A stretch of DNA of 64,000 bases from the human T2T-CHM13v2.0 reference genome, Homo sapiens. Under the pieces are notes generated by a model that worked only from the letters and a program-made list of their open reading frames with translations, was not told where the DNA came from and did no database searches. The stretch lies in the NCBI RefSeq assembly GCF_009914755.1, contig NC_060938.1; one strand, written 5' to 3'. Positions 41,030 to 56,999 of the stretch are shown here, piece after piece (position 1 is the stretch's first letter; each line of letters starts with the position of its first letter). A program made the position numbers and the translations under genes.

Positions 41030-44000
41030 AAGGAGCCATTTTAACTGGGGTAAGATGATATCTCAGTGTGGTTTTGGATTTGCATCTCTCTGATGCTCAG
41101 TGATGTAGAACATTTTTTCATATAGTTGGCCATTTGTGTGTCATCTTTTGAGATTCTTTTCAGATCCTTTGCCTGCTTTTTAATGGGACTTTTTTGGGTT
41201 TTTTGCTATTGAATTGTTTGAGTTTCTTGCATATTCTGGATGCTCGTTTCTTGTTGGATAAATAGTTTGCAGATATCTTCTCCTATAGTTTATCCTTACA
41301 CTGTGTTAATTGTTTCATTTGCTGTGCAGAAGGTTTCTTTTAGTAGTTTTTATACTGTCAGGTCTTACATTTAAATCTTTAATCCATTTTGATTTGATTT
41401 TTGTATATGGTGAGAGATGGGGGCTCTGGTTTTATTCTTCTGTGTGTGGAAATCCGGTTTTCCCAGCACCACTTATTGAGGAGACTGTTCTTTCCCTAAT
41501 ATGTTGTAGGTGTTGTTTTCAAAAATCGTTTGGCTAGAAATACATGGATTTATTCCTTGGTTTTCTATTCTCTTCCTTTGATCTATTTGTTTTTATACCA
41601 ATATTATGCTGTTTTGGTTACTATAGCTTTGTAGTATTATATATTTTGAAGTCAAATAGTGTGATGCCTCCATCTTTGTTCTTTTTGCCCAATGTTGCAT
41701 TGGCTATTCAGGCCCTTTTGTGGTCCCATATAAATTTTAGGGTTGTTTTTTCTGTTTCTGTGAAGAATATCGTGGGTATTTTGATAGAATTGTATTGAAC
41801 CTGTAGATTCCTTTGGGTAGTACAGTCATTCTAACAATATTAATTCTTCTGATCCATAAGCATGGGATGTCTATTTGTTTATGTCTTCTTCAATTTCTTT
41901 CGTTAGTGTTCTGTAATTTTCGTTGTAGAAGTCTTTCACCTTCTTGGATAAATGTATTCCTAAGTATTTTTTTTGTAGCTATTATAAATGGGATTGCTTT
42001 CCTGATTTATTTTTCAACTAGTTTGTTATTGGTGTGTAAAAACACTACTGATTTTTGTGTGTTGATTTCGTATCCTGCAACTTCACTGAATTCATTTATT
42101 CATTCTAAGAATTTTTTGATGCAATCTTTAGGTTTTTGTATTTATAAGATCATATCATCTGCAAAGAGGGACAATTTCACTTCCTGTCTAATTTGGAAGA
42201 GTTTTATTTCTTTCTCTTGACTGATTACTCTGGCTAGAACTTCCAGGACTATGTTAAATAAAAGTGGTGAAAGTGGACATCCTTGTCTTGTTCCAGTTCT
42301 TAGAGGAAAAATGTTCAGCTTTTCTCCATTAAGTACGATGTTAGCTGTGGGTTTGTCGTATGTGGCCTTTATTAAGTTGAGGACTGATTTGTTCCTTCTG
42401 TGCCTGATTTGCTGAGAATTTTTATTATGAAGGGATGTTCAATCATATCAAATGCTTTTTCTGCATCTATTAAGATGATAATGTGGTTTTTATCCCTCAT
42501 TCTATTGGTGTTATATATCAGATTTATTGATTTGCTTGTGTTGAACCCTCCTTGCATCCCTGGGATAAATCCCAGTTGATCATGGTGTATTATCTTTTTG
42601 ATGTGTTGTTGGATTCAGTTTGCTCGTATTTTGTTGGGGATTTTTGCATCCTATGTTCATCAGGGATGTTGGCCTATAGTTGTTGTTGTTGTGGTGGTTG
42701 TGTCCTTATCTGGTTTTGGTGTCAGAGTAATACTGGCTTTGTAGATGAGTTAGGAAGAATTTCCTCCCATTCAATTTTTGGGAATAGACTGAGAAAAATT
42801 GGTGTTTGTTCTTTTAAGTTTGGTAGAATTCAATAGTAAAGCTATCTAGTCTTGGGCTTTTCTTTGTTGGGAGGCTTTTTATTACTGATTCAATCTCATT
42901 ACTTGTTAGTGGTCTGTTGAGGTTTTCTATTTCTTCCTGGTTCAATCTTGGTAGGTTGTACGTGTCCAGGAATTTGTCCATTTCCTCTAGGATTTCCAAT
43001 TTATTAGTATATACTTGTTCATAATAGTCTCTTATGATCCTTTGTATTTCTGTGGTATCAGTTGTAATGTCTCTTTTCTCATTTATGATTTTATTTATTT
43101 GGGTCTTCTCTCTTTTTTCTTGGTTGGTCTAGCTAGCAGTTTACTAATTTTGTTTATCTTTTCAAAAAACTATCTTTTGTTTCATTGATCGTTTGTATTT
43201 TTTTAAGTCTCTATTTTGTTTAGTTCTGCTCTGATTTTATTATTTCTTTCCTTCTAGTGATTTGGGGTTTAGCTGGTTCCTGCATTTCTAGTTCCCTGAG
43301 GTGTGTTGTTAGCTTGTTCATTCAGAATCTTTCCTTTTTTTTTTTGATGTAGGTATTCATTGCTATACTTCCCTCTTGGCTCTGCTTTTGCTGTATCCCA
43401 TAGGTTTTTGTATGTTGTGTTTCTGTTTTCATTTGTTTCAAGAAATTTTTTAATTTTCTTCTTAATTTCTTCATTGATCCAGTGGTTGTTCAGGAGCATG
43501 TTGTTTAATTTCTATGTATTTGTACAGTTTCCATAATTCCTCTTGTTATTGATTTCTAGTTTTATTCCATTGTCATCTGAAAGATACTTGATATGATTTT
43601 GGTTTTTAAAAATTTCTTGACATTTGTTTTGTGGCCTAACATATGGTCTATTCTGGAGAATGTTCCACGTGCTGATGAGAAGAATGTGTGTTCTGCGGCT
43701 ATTGGATGAAATGTTTAGTAAATGTCTGTTAGTTTCATTTGGTTTAAAGTGCAGTTTAAATTCCCAGTTTTCTTTATTGGTTTTCTGTCTAGATGATCTC
43801 TCCAGTGCTGACAGTTGGATGTTGAAGTCACCAACTATTATTGTATTGGAGTCTATTTAGATCTAATAATATTTGCTTTTTATTATCTGGAGGCTCCAGT
43901 GTTGGGTACATATATATTTAGAACTGTTATATTGATCCCCTTATCATTATAGAATGACCTTCTTTACAGTTTTTGACTTAAAGTCTGTGTTATCTCATGT

Positions 44001-46460
44001 AAGTATAGCTTCTCCTGCTTGCTTTGGGTTCTTATTTGCAGGAATTTTTTTCCATCCCTTCACTTTTAGTCTATGTGTGTCTTTATAAGTGAAGTAAGTT
44101 TCTTATAGGCAGCAAATAGTGATGCTTTTTAATTTAGCCAGCCAGTTTAGTGAGGAGTTTAATCCATTTACATTCAAGGTTATTATTGATGGCTAAGGAC
44201 TTATTTCTGCCATTTTATTAATTGTTTTCTGGTTGTTTTATATATCCTTTTTTCCTTACTTCCTCTTTTAAGTTTTATCATTGCAGTTTGATGGTTTTCT
44301 GAAGTGGTAATGTTTGAATTCTTTCTCTTTCCCATTTGTGTATCTGTTCTACTAGTGAGTTTTATACTGTCTTGTGTTTTCATGATGGTATATATTGTTC
44401 TTTCACTTCCATATGTAGGACTCCCTTAATAATTTATTGAAAGGCTTGTCAGTGGTGATGAATTCCCTCTGGTTTTGCTTATCTGGGAAGGACTTTATTT
44501 CTCCTTCATTTTTGAATAATAGCTTTGCTGGGTATAGTAATCATAGCTGCCTTTTTTTTTTTCCCTTTCAGCACTTTGAATATATCATCCCAAACTTTCC
44601 TGGCCCGTAAGGTTTCTGCTGGGAATTCCCTTTTATGTGACTTGACACTTTCCTCCTGTTGTTTTTTTGAATTTTATCTTTGTCTTTGACTTGACATTTT
44701 GATTATAATGTGCCTTGGAGAAGATCTTTTTGAGGTGAATCTATTTTGAGACCTTCAAGCTTCCTGTATCTGAATATCTATATCTCTTTCAAGACTTGAG
44801 AAGTTTTCAGCTATTATTGCATTAATAGGTTTTCAATACCTTTGCCCATCTCTTCTTCTGAGACTTCAAAAATTTTAATACTTGTTTTCTTTATGGTGTT
44901 GCATATGTCAAGTAGGCTTCCTTTATTCTTTTTTCTTTTTTGTCTGAGTTATTTCAAAAGACCTGTCCTCAAGTTCTGAAATTCTTTTTCTCCTGCTTGA
45001 TCTAGTTTATTATTGAAGCTCTTGATTGTATTTTTTCTTTCTTTCATTGACTTCTTCAGTTCCAGGATTTCTATTTGGTTCTTTTTTATGATGTTTATCT
45101 CTTTATTGACTTTCCCATTCAGATCATGAATCATTTTTCTGATTTGTTTGTACTCTTTTTTTTTTGGAGACGGAATCTCTCCCTGTTGCCAGGCTGGAGT
45201 ATAGTGGCGCAATCTCAGCTCACTGCAACCTCTGACTTCCTGGTTCAAGTGATTCTCCTGCCTCAGCCTCCTGAGTAGCTAGGATTACAGGCATGCGCCA
45301 CCACGCCCAGCTAATTTTTGTATTTTTAGTATAGATGGGGTTTCACCATGTTGGCCAGGATGGTCTCTATCTCCTGACCTTGTGATCTGCCCGTCTTGGC
45401 CTCCCAAAGTGCTGAGATTATAGGCATGAGCCACCGCACCCGGCCTTCTTTGTACTCTTTATCTGTGTTCTCTCATACCTCACTGAGTTTCTTTAATATC
45501 ATTGTTTTGAATTCTTTTTTATCCATTTCATGGATTGTCTTTTCATTGGGATCTGTTACTGGAGAATTATTGTGTTCCTTTAAAGGTGTCATGTTTCCTT
45601 GCTTTTTCATGTTTCCTGTGTTCTTACATTGATATCTGTGTATCTGGTGTAATAGTTGCATCTTCCAGTCTTATGGATTGACTTCCATAAGAAAAGACTT
45701 CCCTATAGATGTATCTATGGTGTTGGTAGGGTGGGGTGCTTTGGCTTTGATTCTGGGTGGGTGCAGTGATGTAGTTTTTATATATCTTCAGCTGTAATCA
45801 GCATCAGTGGGTATCTATGGGTTCTTTAGTGGCTTAGGCTATAGTTGTTATTGGAGGCTGTGACAAGGCTTTATTGCAAATGGGGATACCAAGTGGGCTG
45901 GTCCTTAGGCACCAGTGGTAGTGGTGGCAAGCCAGGTATGCTAGTCCCTGGGCCCCCCAGGTGGTGTACATGGGTTCTGGTGATGGTGGATCTGGGCAGG
46001 TCAGTCCTTAGGCCTCCAGTGCCTTGCTCAGGTGCCGGGGGTGGCAGTGGTGGGCCAGGTGAGCCAGTCCCCAGGTAGTGCATGTGGGTGGGTGGTGGCT
46101 GCAAGCTGGGTAGACTGGCCATCAGGCTTTTGGGAGACATACATGGACACTGGTGGCAGGCAGGGTAGGCCTATTCCCAGGCTCGCAGACTATGCATGGG
46201 TGGCAGACAGGGCAGAACGGTCCTTTAGACCCCAGAAAATGTGCACCAGTGGTGGTGGGCAGGGTGGATCCATCCTATGCCCCTGGGTCATGTGTGTGCT
46301 GGCAGTGGTGGTGGTGGGTGGGGTCAGCCTATCCTCAGGCCCCTAGATGGCATACATGGGTGCTAGTGGTGGTGGGGGTTGGAGGCAAGTCAATCCCCAA
46401 GCCTCTTAGACACTGTACTCGGTCACTGGCAGCAGTGGCAGGGGTTGGTGTAGGCCTCTT
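41030..46460 (-). mobile_element. Large, internally deleted L1 (L1MA/L1M-type) with 5' region, ORF1 and ORF2 remnants, antisense to IFT43
   Basis: ORF2 peptides [41 protein letters not shown] and [24 protein letters not shown]; ORF1 peptides MKKQGNMTPLKEHNNSP and IIKKNQIEILELK. Confidence 0.93.
45156..45445 (-). mobile_element. AluSc-like element nested in L1 ORF1
   Basis: TSD tttgtactc(ttt) on both sides. Confidence 0.93.
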
Positions 46461-47098
46461 GAGTAGATTTTTAATCCACCCACCAATTTAGTTTATCTCT
46501 TCTAAGCAAGTCTCACTCTTGTATCTTTATTTTATTACTTTTCGGTTTATAAAAAGCAGAAGAGGAAAGGAAAATTAAAATTGCCTATAATGGAGTCCCC
46601 TGTCAGTCATGTACATATAACTCATTAACACTAAATAGTATATGTTGATAATCATTTCAAAAAATGCATCAAAAGCATATACTTACTGTTTGGTAACATG
46701 TTTTTGAAACTTAAAATGTATCAAACTTTCTTATATCATTGGGTTTTCTTATAACATGGCTTTTTGTTATTTGCATAGTATTTTCATGTGTATTTTACCA
46801 TTTACTTAATTCCTTATTGCTAGCAATTTTGGTTGTTTCTAGCTATTCACTACTCAAAAATAACATTATATTCCTCTCTGATTTTTCCCTTGGGATCAAT
46901 TTCTAGGATTAGAATTGCTAGGTTAAAAAGTATGAGCATTTTTAAGGCTTTCAATAAACTTTACCAAATAGCCCTCCAGAAACATGGTGCCAATTTATGA
47001 CTCACCGGGAGGGTATGAAGGAACCCAGATTTTCATAGTAAATTACAAAGGTTACTGTATTTTTATTCAAAAGGTAGGCTGAATATTGATTGGTGTAG

Positions 47099-47582
<484 letters not shown>

Positions 47583-47639
47583 TCATAAGAGTATGGGTGG
47601 GGGTGCACACGGTTGGGGGGACTTTGCTCCTGTGTTGTT

Positions 47640-47995
47640 TTATTTTTTACAATAGCTTTATTGAGAAAAAATTTATATACCATACAATTCACCCACTTAA
47701 AATGCACAATTTAATCATTCTTAATATATTCACAGAGTTGTGCAACCATTAACACAATCAATTTTACAACATTTTCATCACCTCCCCACCAAAAGAAACC
47801 CTGTATCTATTAGCAGCCACTTCCCATGTCCCCCCAACCTCTCTAGATCTAGGTGGTTACCAGTCAACTTTCTCTCTCTCTGATTTGCATATTCTGGACA
47901 TTTCATGTAAATAGAATCTACATTATGTGGTCCTTTATGGCTGGCTTCTCTCACTTGTCATAATGTTTTCAAAGTTTATCCATGTTGTAGCATTC
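47640..47995 (-). mobile_element. L1MB-like 3' end
   Basis: agctttattgag...atacaattcacccac...gttgtgcaaccat...attctggacatttcat. Confidence 0.8.
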
Positions 47996-49084
47996 TGTGT
48001 TCTTCTTAATTTCCAAAACATAATGGAATTGCCTGTTGGTAACTGCTGATGAACTGTGCGGCATGTCCTCCCCTGACATATATCAGTCATCATTCATAAA
48101 GGGGAACAATACAGATGTCCCATCACCCTGCCTAGTTGGTATCTTGTGTTTACTGTAAGCTGGCATGAATATTTATACCATAACCATCTGACATTATCTC
48201 ATCAGCCTCTCCAGAGCTCCTGGGAAGGCTGGGAAACCTGATGTCACAGTGCATGTAGCAGCACTTTATAAACTGCATAGGGTTCAGTGTGGGGCTGTAG
48301 ATGGCAGATGCCATTCTCTCTGAGCTGGATGATGTTGGGTAAGATGTTTACCATGGCTGAGCACCTGGATGGACACATTGATGATCCCTACAGGGTGATT
48401 CAAAGACTGAAGGAAATTACATATGTAACAGGAATGTTGCTGTTGTGTTTAGCCCTCCCAGCCTTTCCACAGCTTAGACTAGATGCTGATCCCTGTGGTT
48501 CCATATTGAGGGGCGGCAGAGTGTGGTGACAGCCGCAGGTACTGGAGCCAGCTGCCTGGCTTTGAATCCTAACTGTGCCATTTATTATCTCAGAGACCCC
48601 AAGCAAGTAATTTAATATCTCTGGTCTCCATTTCTGTATCTCTACAATGGGGTTAAAAATAGTTCTTACTTGAAAGGATCATTGTGAGGATTAAATGAAT
48701 TCGTATGTGTAAAATATTTAGAAGAGAGATGCATTTAGGAAGCACTTGTAGATGTTGGCTATTATCATGATGATGATGACTGTTTCTTATCCCCATTCTG
48801 TCCTCATAGATAGGCTTTGACCATATTCTTCTCACAGGCATTCTGGCAGGTGGTGATGTTTGTGAGTTGCAGGAGCTTTGGGATCTTTATGGTGCCATAA
48901 ATGCTTCATATGAAGGGTCGGTTTGGGAGAAGTAATTCCAGATCAAGAAAAGCAATGGTTATTTTGATTATGAAGAATCTTCTTTAATTGTGAACTACAT
49001 TAAAGCCTTAAGCATAGGAATGTCAGCTTTCCAAAGCTGTAGTATCAGAAGTATTTTTTAAACCTTATGATGTTAAGAATTAGC

Positions 49085-49281
49085 CAGGGGTGTTCAAGAG
49101 AGAGAATACAGACACAGATTCTTAGTTTCTGTTTCTGGTTGGGCCAGTAAAACCCCTTCTTCATTCCTCTTTTCTGCTTATCACTAGAGACAGAAACTAA
49201 AAACTACGGGTTCAGGCTGCTAAAAGCCTAAAATAAAACAAAGCAGAACAACAACAAAATAAGGCAAGTTGGACAAGTTTG
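49085..49281. mobile_element. MER30B hAT-Charlie MITE
   Basis: Terminal inverted-repeat-like ends caggggtgttcaa...ttggacaagtttg, characteristic internal sequence, and aattag duplicated in the flanks. Confidence 0.8.
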
Positions 49282-50399
49282 AATTAGACATAATCAATGA
49301 TTGATATCCCCTTGGATTTCTGCCAGCATCTGGGAATGCACATGACCTAGAACAGAAATCTCTGCGAGATCTTCGGCCATCCAGGATAAGCATCCACATC
49401 TCAGGGATGGTTTCAGAATTACCTTGTTTTAAATAAGGAGAAAGTATTCCTCAGACTTCTTCCTACGACATACTCTCTCGCATTTCTTCCATGCTTAAAC
49501 TGGCAGAATTTTCATGCTAAGGTGTGGTAATTAAGTCATCTCTTGTTTTACTTACAGGAAGCAACATCACAATAAGATTAAAACCATGGGTGTCTGATTC
49601 AGACTTACCAGGGTTTGAATTCAGATTTCAGCATTTAACTGGCTATGTAAACCTGGGGAAGTTACTTAACCCTGTAAAGTGGCAATAATAACGCCTATTG
49701 CAAAGAATTGTTCTGAGTCTTGAACACATAGGAAGAGTACTCAGCATAAAGCTAGTACATAGCTTGTTGCTGCAATTAAGTTATGAATAACAACAGTGCA
49801 TAAGGAGTAAAGTAATAAGGCAGGTCTCTCTGAGTTTTATGGTTCTAAAACAAAGTGTTAGGTAACACGTGTTCTGTAAATGGCATCTATAGTAGGATGG
49901 TGCTGGCTGTCACCTTCAGCCACATTTGTTAGCCTCTGTAGCTGTCAGCACCTTCCAGATGCTTTAAACAGGCTTTGATTATAGTTAGTCTTTGTGATTC
50001 TTGAAGTTTGATTCATTGCTTAAATATAGTTATTCTAGGCCAGCCTGACAGAGAATATGATAATAAGACTGAGACATTTTGCTAGCCTTTACCTTTGGTC
50101 TCATTTTATGGATGAAATAAGTGGAGTCATAGATGCCTGTAAGTCAGAAGGAGCAAGTGCTTAATGTCTTTTATTTTAGTTCAGAGTCCAGTTCTAAAGA
50201 CTGGATTACAAATCATTTCATTCCTTAATCTCTTGCACCAAGTCTTAGATGAAAGATAAAAAAAATATATATACCAGTGGGATGGCCAGTGATCGAATTT
50301 AACTACTTAAGATATACACAGGAATAGTTTCTCAAAGAATAGTCATTATTCTAGTTTAGAATTTCCTTGAGCAGTTGTTGCCTTCAAAATGGCATATCT

Positions 50400-52422
<2,023 letters not shown>

Positions 52423-52617
52423 CCAAAATACCATTATTAAAAATATTTACTTCCAATTTTTTCCACCCTCTCCTCCCACTTTTTTCTCCCTCCCCCTTCC
52501 CCAACACCCCCCACACACACACACTTTTTTTCCCAAACCTGAAAATAAGTTGTAGATGTCATGACATTTCACCCCTAAATACTTTAGCATGCATCTCTCA
52601 AGATTAATGACATTCTC

Positions 52618-52900
<283 letters not shown>

Positions 52901-53649
52901 AGATTCATGACATTCTCTACAGTATCACAGTATCACTCAGTCACTCATACCTAAGACATTTCATAGTGGTTTAATAATATTTAATATATAGTTTATATTT
53001 GAATATTCCCCTTTGTTGTTCCCCCAGATGTCTTTTATAACTCCAGGATCCAATCAGCTCAAATATTGTGTTTCGTAGTTGTCTTTTTAGTCTCTCTTGA
53101 TGTAAACTAGTCCTCACCTTTCCCCATTCCCCACCAAGACATTGACTATTTTGAGGAATCCAGGCCAGTTGTGTTGTAGAATGTCTCACATTCTGGGTTT
53201 CTCTAACTGATTCTTCATGATAAGATTCAAGTTAAAGGTTGTTGACCAGAACAGGTGATCATGTGTCCTTAGCTTATCAAATTAGGAGGCATGTGACATC
53301 AGCTGATCCCTTGGTTGGCATTACAAAGTTTTATCACTTGGTCTAGGTGGTGACCACTAGATCTCTCCATTGCAAAGGTTCTTTTTTTCCTTTATAAATA
53401 ATTAGTAATTGGGGTACCGCTTTGAATCCTGTTCACCCACAGTCTTTCACCTGGTTTTAGCGTCCATTAATGGATCCTTGCCTGAATCAGTTATTATATC
53501 AGGGATTGCAAAATTTTAACTCTCTAATTCTACCATTCTATATTAATTGCTTGGAGTTTTCCTATAAAGAAGAATTTACTCTCTCTCCTTTTTCTTTTTC
53601 TATTGCTTTCTGTCTTTAAAATCATGGACTCATGGATTTTAAAAAAATC

Positions 53650-55013
53650 TGTTTTATTTTAGATTCAGGAGATATATGCGCAGGTTTGTTACAGGGGTAT
53701 GTTGCATGATGCTGAGGTTTGAGCTTCTATTGATCCTGTCACTCAGACAGTGAGCACAGTACCCAATAGGAAGCTTTTCAGTCCTCGCCCGCAACCCCTT
53801 TTGGAGTCCCCATTGTCTGTTGTTCCCTCCTCTATGTCTATATGTGCCCAGGATTTAGCTCCTACTTATAAGTGAGACCTCTAATATTTGGTTTTCTGTT
53901 TCTGCATTTGTTTGCTTAGGATAATGGCCTCCAGCTATATCCATATTGCTGCAAAGGATTTGATTTCATTCTTTTAAATGGTTGCATAGTATTCTATGGT
54001 ATATATATATATCACATTTTCTTCATCCAGTCCACCATTGATGGACACCTAGTTTGATTCCATGTCTTTCCTCTTGTGAACAGTGCTACAATGAATATAC
54101 GTTTGCAAGTGTCTTTTTGATAGAATGATTTATTTTCCTTTGGGTATGTATATACCACCCAGTGATGGGATTGCCGGGTCAAATGGTAGTTCTATTTTCA
54201 GTTCTTTGAGAAATCTCCAAACTGCTTTCCACAGTGGCTAAACTAATTTACATTCCCACCAACAGTGTGTAAGCATTCCTTTTTTTCAGAAGCCTCACCA
54301 ACATCTGTTATTTTTTGACTTTTTAACAATAGCCATTCTGACAGGTATGAGATGGTATCTCATTGTGGCTTCAATTTGCATTTCTCTGATAGTGATGTTA
54401 AGCATTTATTCATATGTTTGTTGGCTGCTTGTATGTCTTCTTTTGAGAAGTGTCTGTTCATGGCCTTTGCCCACTTTTTAATGGGGTTATTTTTTTCTTG
54501 TTGATTTGTTTAACTTCCTTATAGATTTTGGATATTAGTCCTTTGTCAGATGCATAGTTTGCAAAAATTTTCTCCCATTCTTAGGTTATTTGTTTACCCT
54601 GTTGATAGTTTCTCTTGCTGTGCAGAAGCTTGTTAATTTAATTAGATCCCACTTGTCAATTTTTCCTTTTGTCACAGTTGCTTTTGAGGACTTGGTTATA
54701 AATTCTTTGCCAAAGCTGACATCCAGAAGGATATTTCCTAGGCTTTCTTCTAGGATTTTTATAGTTCGAGATCTTACATTTAAGTCGTTGATCCATCTTG
54801 AGTTAATTTTTCTTATATAGTGATAGGAAGGGGTCCAGTTTCATTCTTTTACATATGGTTAGCTAGTTTTCCCAGCACCATTTATTGAATAGGATGTCCT
54901 TTCCCTGTTGCTTATTTTTGTTGACTTTGCCACAGATTGGTTGGTTGAAGGTATGCTGTTCTAGTTCTAGATATTCTGTTCTGTTCCATTGGCCTCTGTG
55001 CCTATTTTTGTAC
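53650..55013 (-). mobile_element. 5'-truncated L1 (L1PA15/16-like)
   Basis: 3' end ttttattttagattcagg...gttgcatgatgctgaggtttg; antisense ORF2 C-terminal sequence. Confidence 0.9.
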
Positions 55014-55371
55014 TTTTTTTATTTTTATTTTTATTTTATTTTATTTTATTTTATTTTATTTTATTTTATTTTATTTTATTTTATTTTATTTGAGACAGGA
55101 TCTTTCTCTGTTGCCCAGGCTGGAGTGCAGTGGTGCAATCATAGTTCACTGTAACCCAGACTCCTGGGCTCAAGTGATTCTCCTGCTTCAGCCTCCCCAG
55201 TAGCTAGGACTGCAGGCATGCACCACAATGCCTGGCTAATTTTTTTAAATTCTTATTTTTGTAGAGCTGTGGTCTCACTGTGTTGCTGAGGCTGGTCTCA
55301 AACTCCTGGCAATCGTCCTACTTTGGCCTCCCCAAGTGCTGAGATTATAGCCATGAACTATTGCACCCAGC
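55014..55371 (-). mobile_element. AluJ with (TTTTA)n tail
   Basis: Antisense Alu with a pentanucleotide tail at 55014-55091. Confidence 0.93.
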
Positions 55372-56204
55372 TGGACTCATGGATTTGTATTGTTCATTGT
55401 GTTATAATTCATTTCCATCATCACAGTTTTTTTTTCTATAATACTAATGATTATTAGTGCTCAGATTGTCCCATGTTTGGCCAGGGAGAACTTTGAGATG
55501 GCTCTTATGCTTTTGTGCTTTATTAGTATTAGAGTACGTGCTTGCTTTTCAACGCAGCAAGATATTCCAGAATAAATTTGTATTTTCCATGTTTAGTCCA
55601 GGAGTCAGCTACTTCTCCAAGGACTCCTGGGTCCTTTTGGTGGAGAATAGTTATAGAATTCACGGTCTATATACACACTGCCCATTGCTATTGGATATCT
55701 TTGCTTCTAGGCTCTTTTAGTAGGTAGAACTAGGAAACACATTTTAAAAAATACGCTCTATCCTGTAACACACATAAAGTAGTTTTACAGTTACTATACT
55801 AATGTCATTATCAAAAACAAACTTCCTAAGTAAAACTCAAGATTTCTTTGTGGTTCTTTTTGTCCTTAGAATATATCACACTAAGGTTCAGGATACTGTT
55901 TTCGGAAGTTATTTGAATTATTTCTCATACAGGTTAAGATATCAATTTAATACACAATTACATTCACTTGTTTCTGTCTGTGTTCAATTTTAAGGTTTTT
56001 AAAAATCCTTTTTATTCAATTTACTTTTGAATATGTAGAACATTTACACCAATCAATAGTTAAAATTGTATAGAAAGATATATTCAGTGATGTCTCACTC
56101 CCATCCTTATCATCCTCTCCACCTCATTCCCGTCCATCCCATATAGGCAGTTTCTTTATTAGTTTCTGGTTTATCTTTCCTATACTTCTTTTTGGAAAAG
56201 TAAA

Positions 56205-56300
56205 CATATGTGTATATATATATAATTATATATACATACATAAAAATTATATAATTTATATAATATACATATATAAATTATATATGTATATATAAGTTTT
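56205..56300. repeat. AT-rich low-complexity (TA)-derived tract
   Basis: Directly visible. Confidence 0.85.
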
Positions 56301-56329
56301 TATATTTCTCCTCCTTTGTTTCTATATCC

Positions 56330-56410
56330 TAGGTGTCAGTGAACTATGGCCCACAGGCCAGCTGCCTATTTTTATAAAGTTTTATTGGAATACAGCCACA
56401 CCCTTTCATT
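56330..56410. mobile_element. MER58-like hAT fragment
   Basis: aactatggcccacaggcca...taaagttttattggaatacagccac. Confidence 0.7.
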
Positions 56411-56999
56411 TTAAAAATTGAGATTGCTGATCCACGTGGAATTTATTTTGGTGTATGGTTTTACTTTTTTCTAAATGGCTATTGTCCCAGCACCACTTAT
56501 TTAAAAATCCATCTTTCTCTAGTGATTTGAGAAGCCACCTTTATCGTATTCTAAATCTTTGTACTTACCCGAGTCTGCTTTTGGATGCGTTATTCTGTGC
56601 CAGTGGTGTCTCTATTCCTAGGCTATTATGTAGCATGCTGTTTTACTTATAGACCATAACAATCATTTTTAGTGTTAAGCGAAAACAAGAAGGTGACGCA
56701 GAAATGCAGGTCTCATCTACTAATGTGAATCTTATGGAGGAGCTTTGTTTTCCTAAATTATTAGGGGATTTTAGTACTTGTCATATCTGGAATTTATTTT
56801 GAAATAAGAAAATAAGACAAATCCTGTCTGCTTCTTAGAGAACAAAAGATTATCACAAGTATTCATTCCTCAGTGAAAATATTAAAGATTTTTCCAGATC
56901 AAATCCATTTCCTCTTGGAGAAAGAAGCTTTTCCTTGTCACCTGTTACTTTCTGAGGTATTCACTTGCTTGGCTTTTCAGTCTGTGGCCTGGTTCTGAC

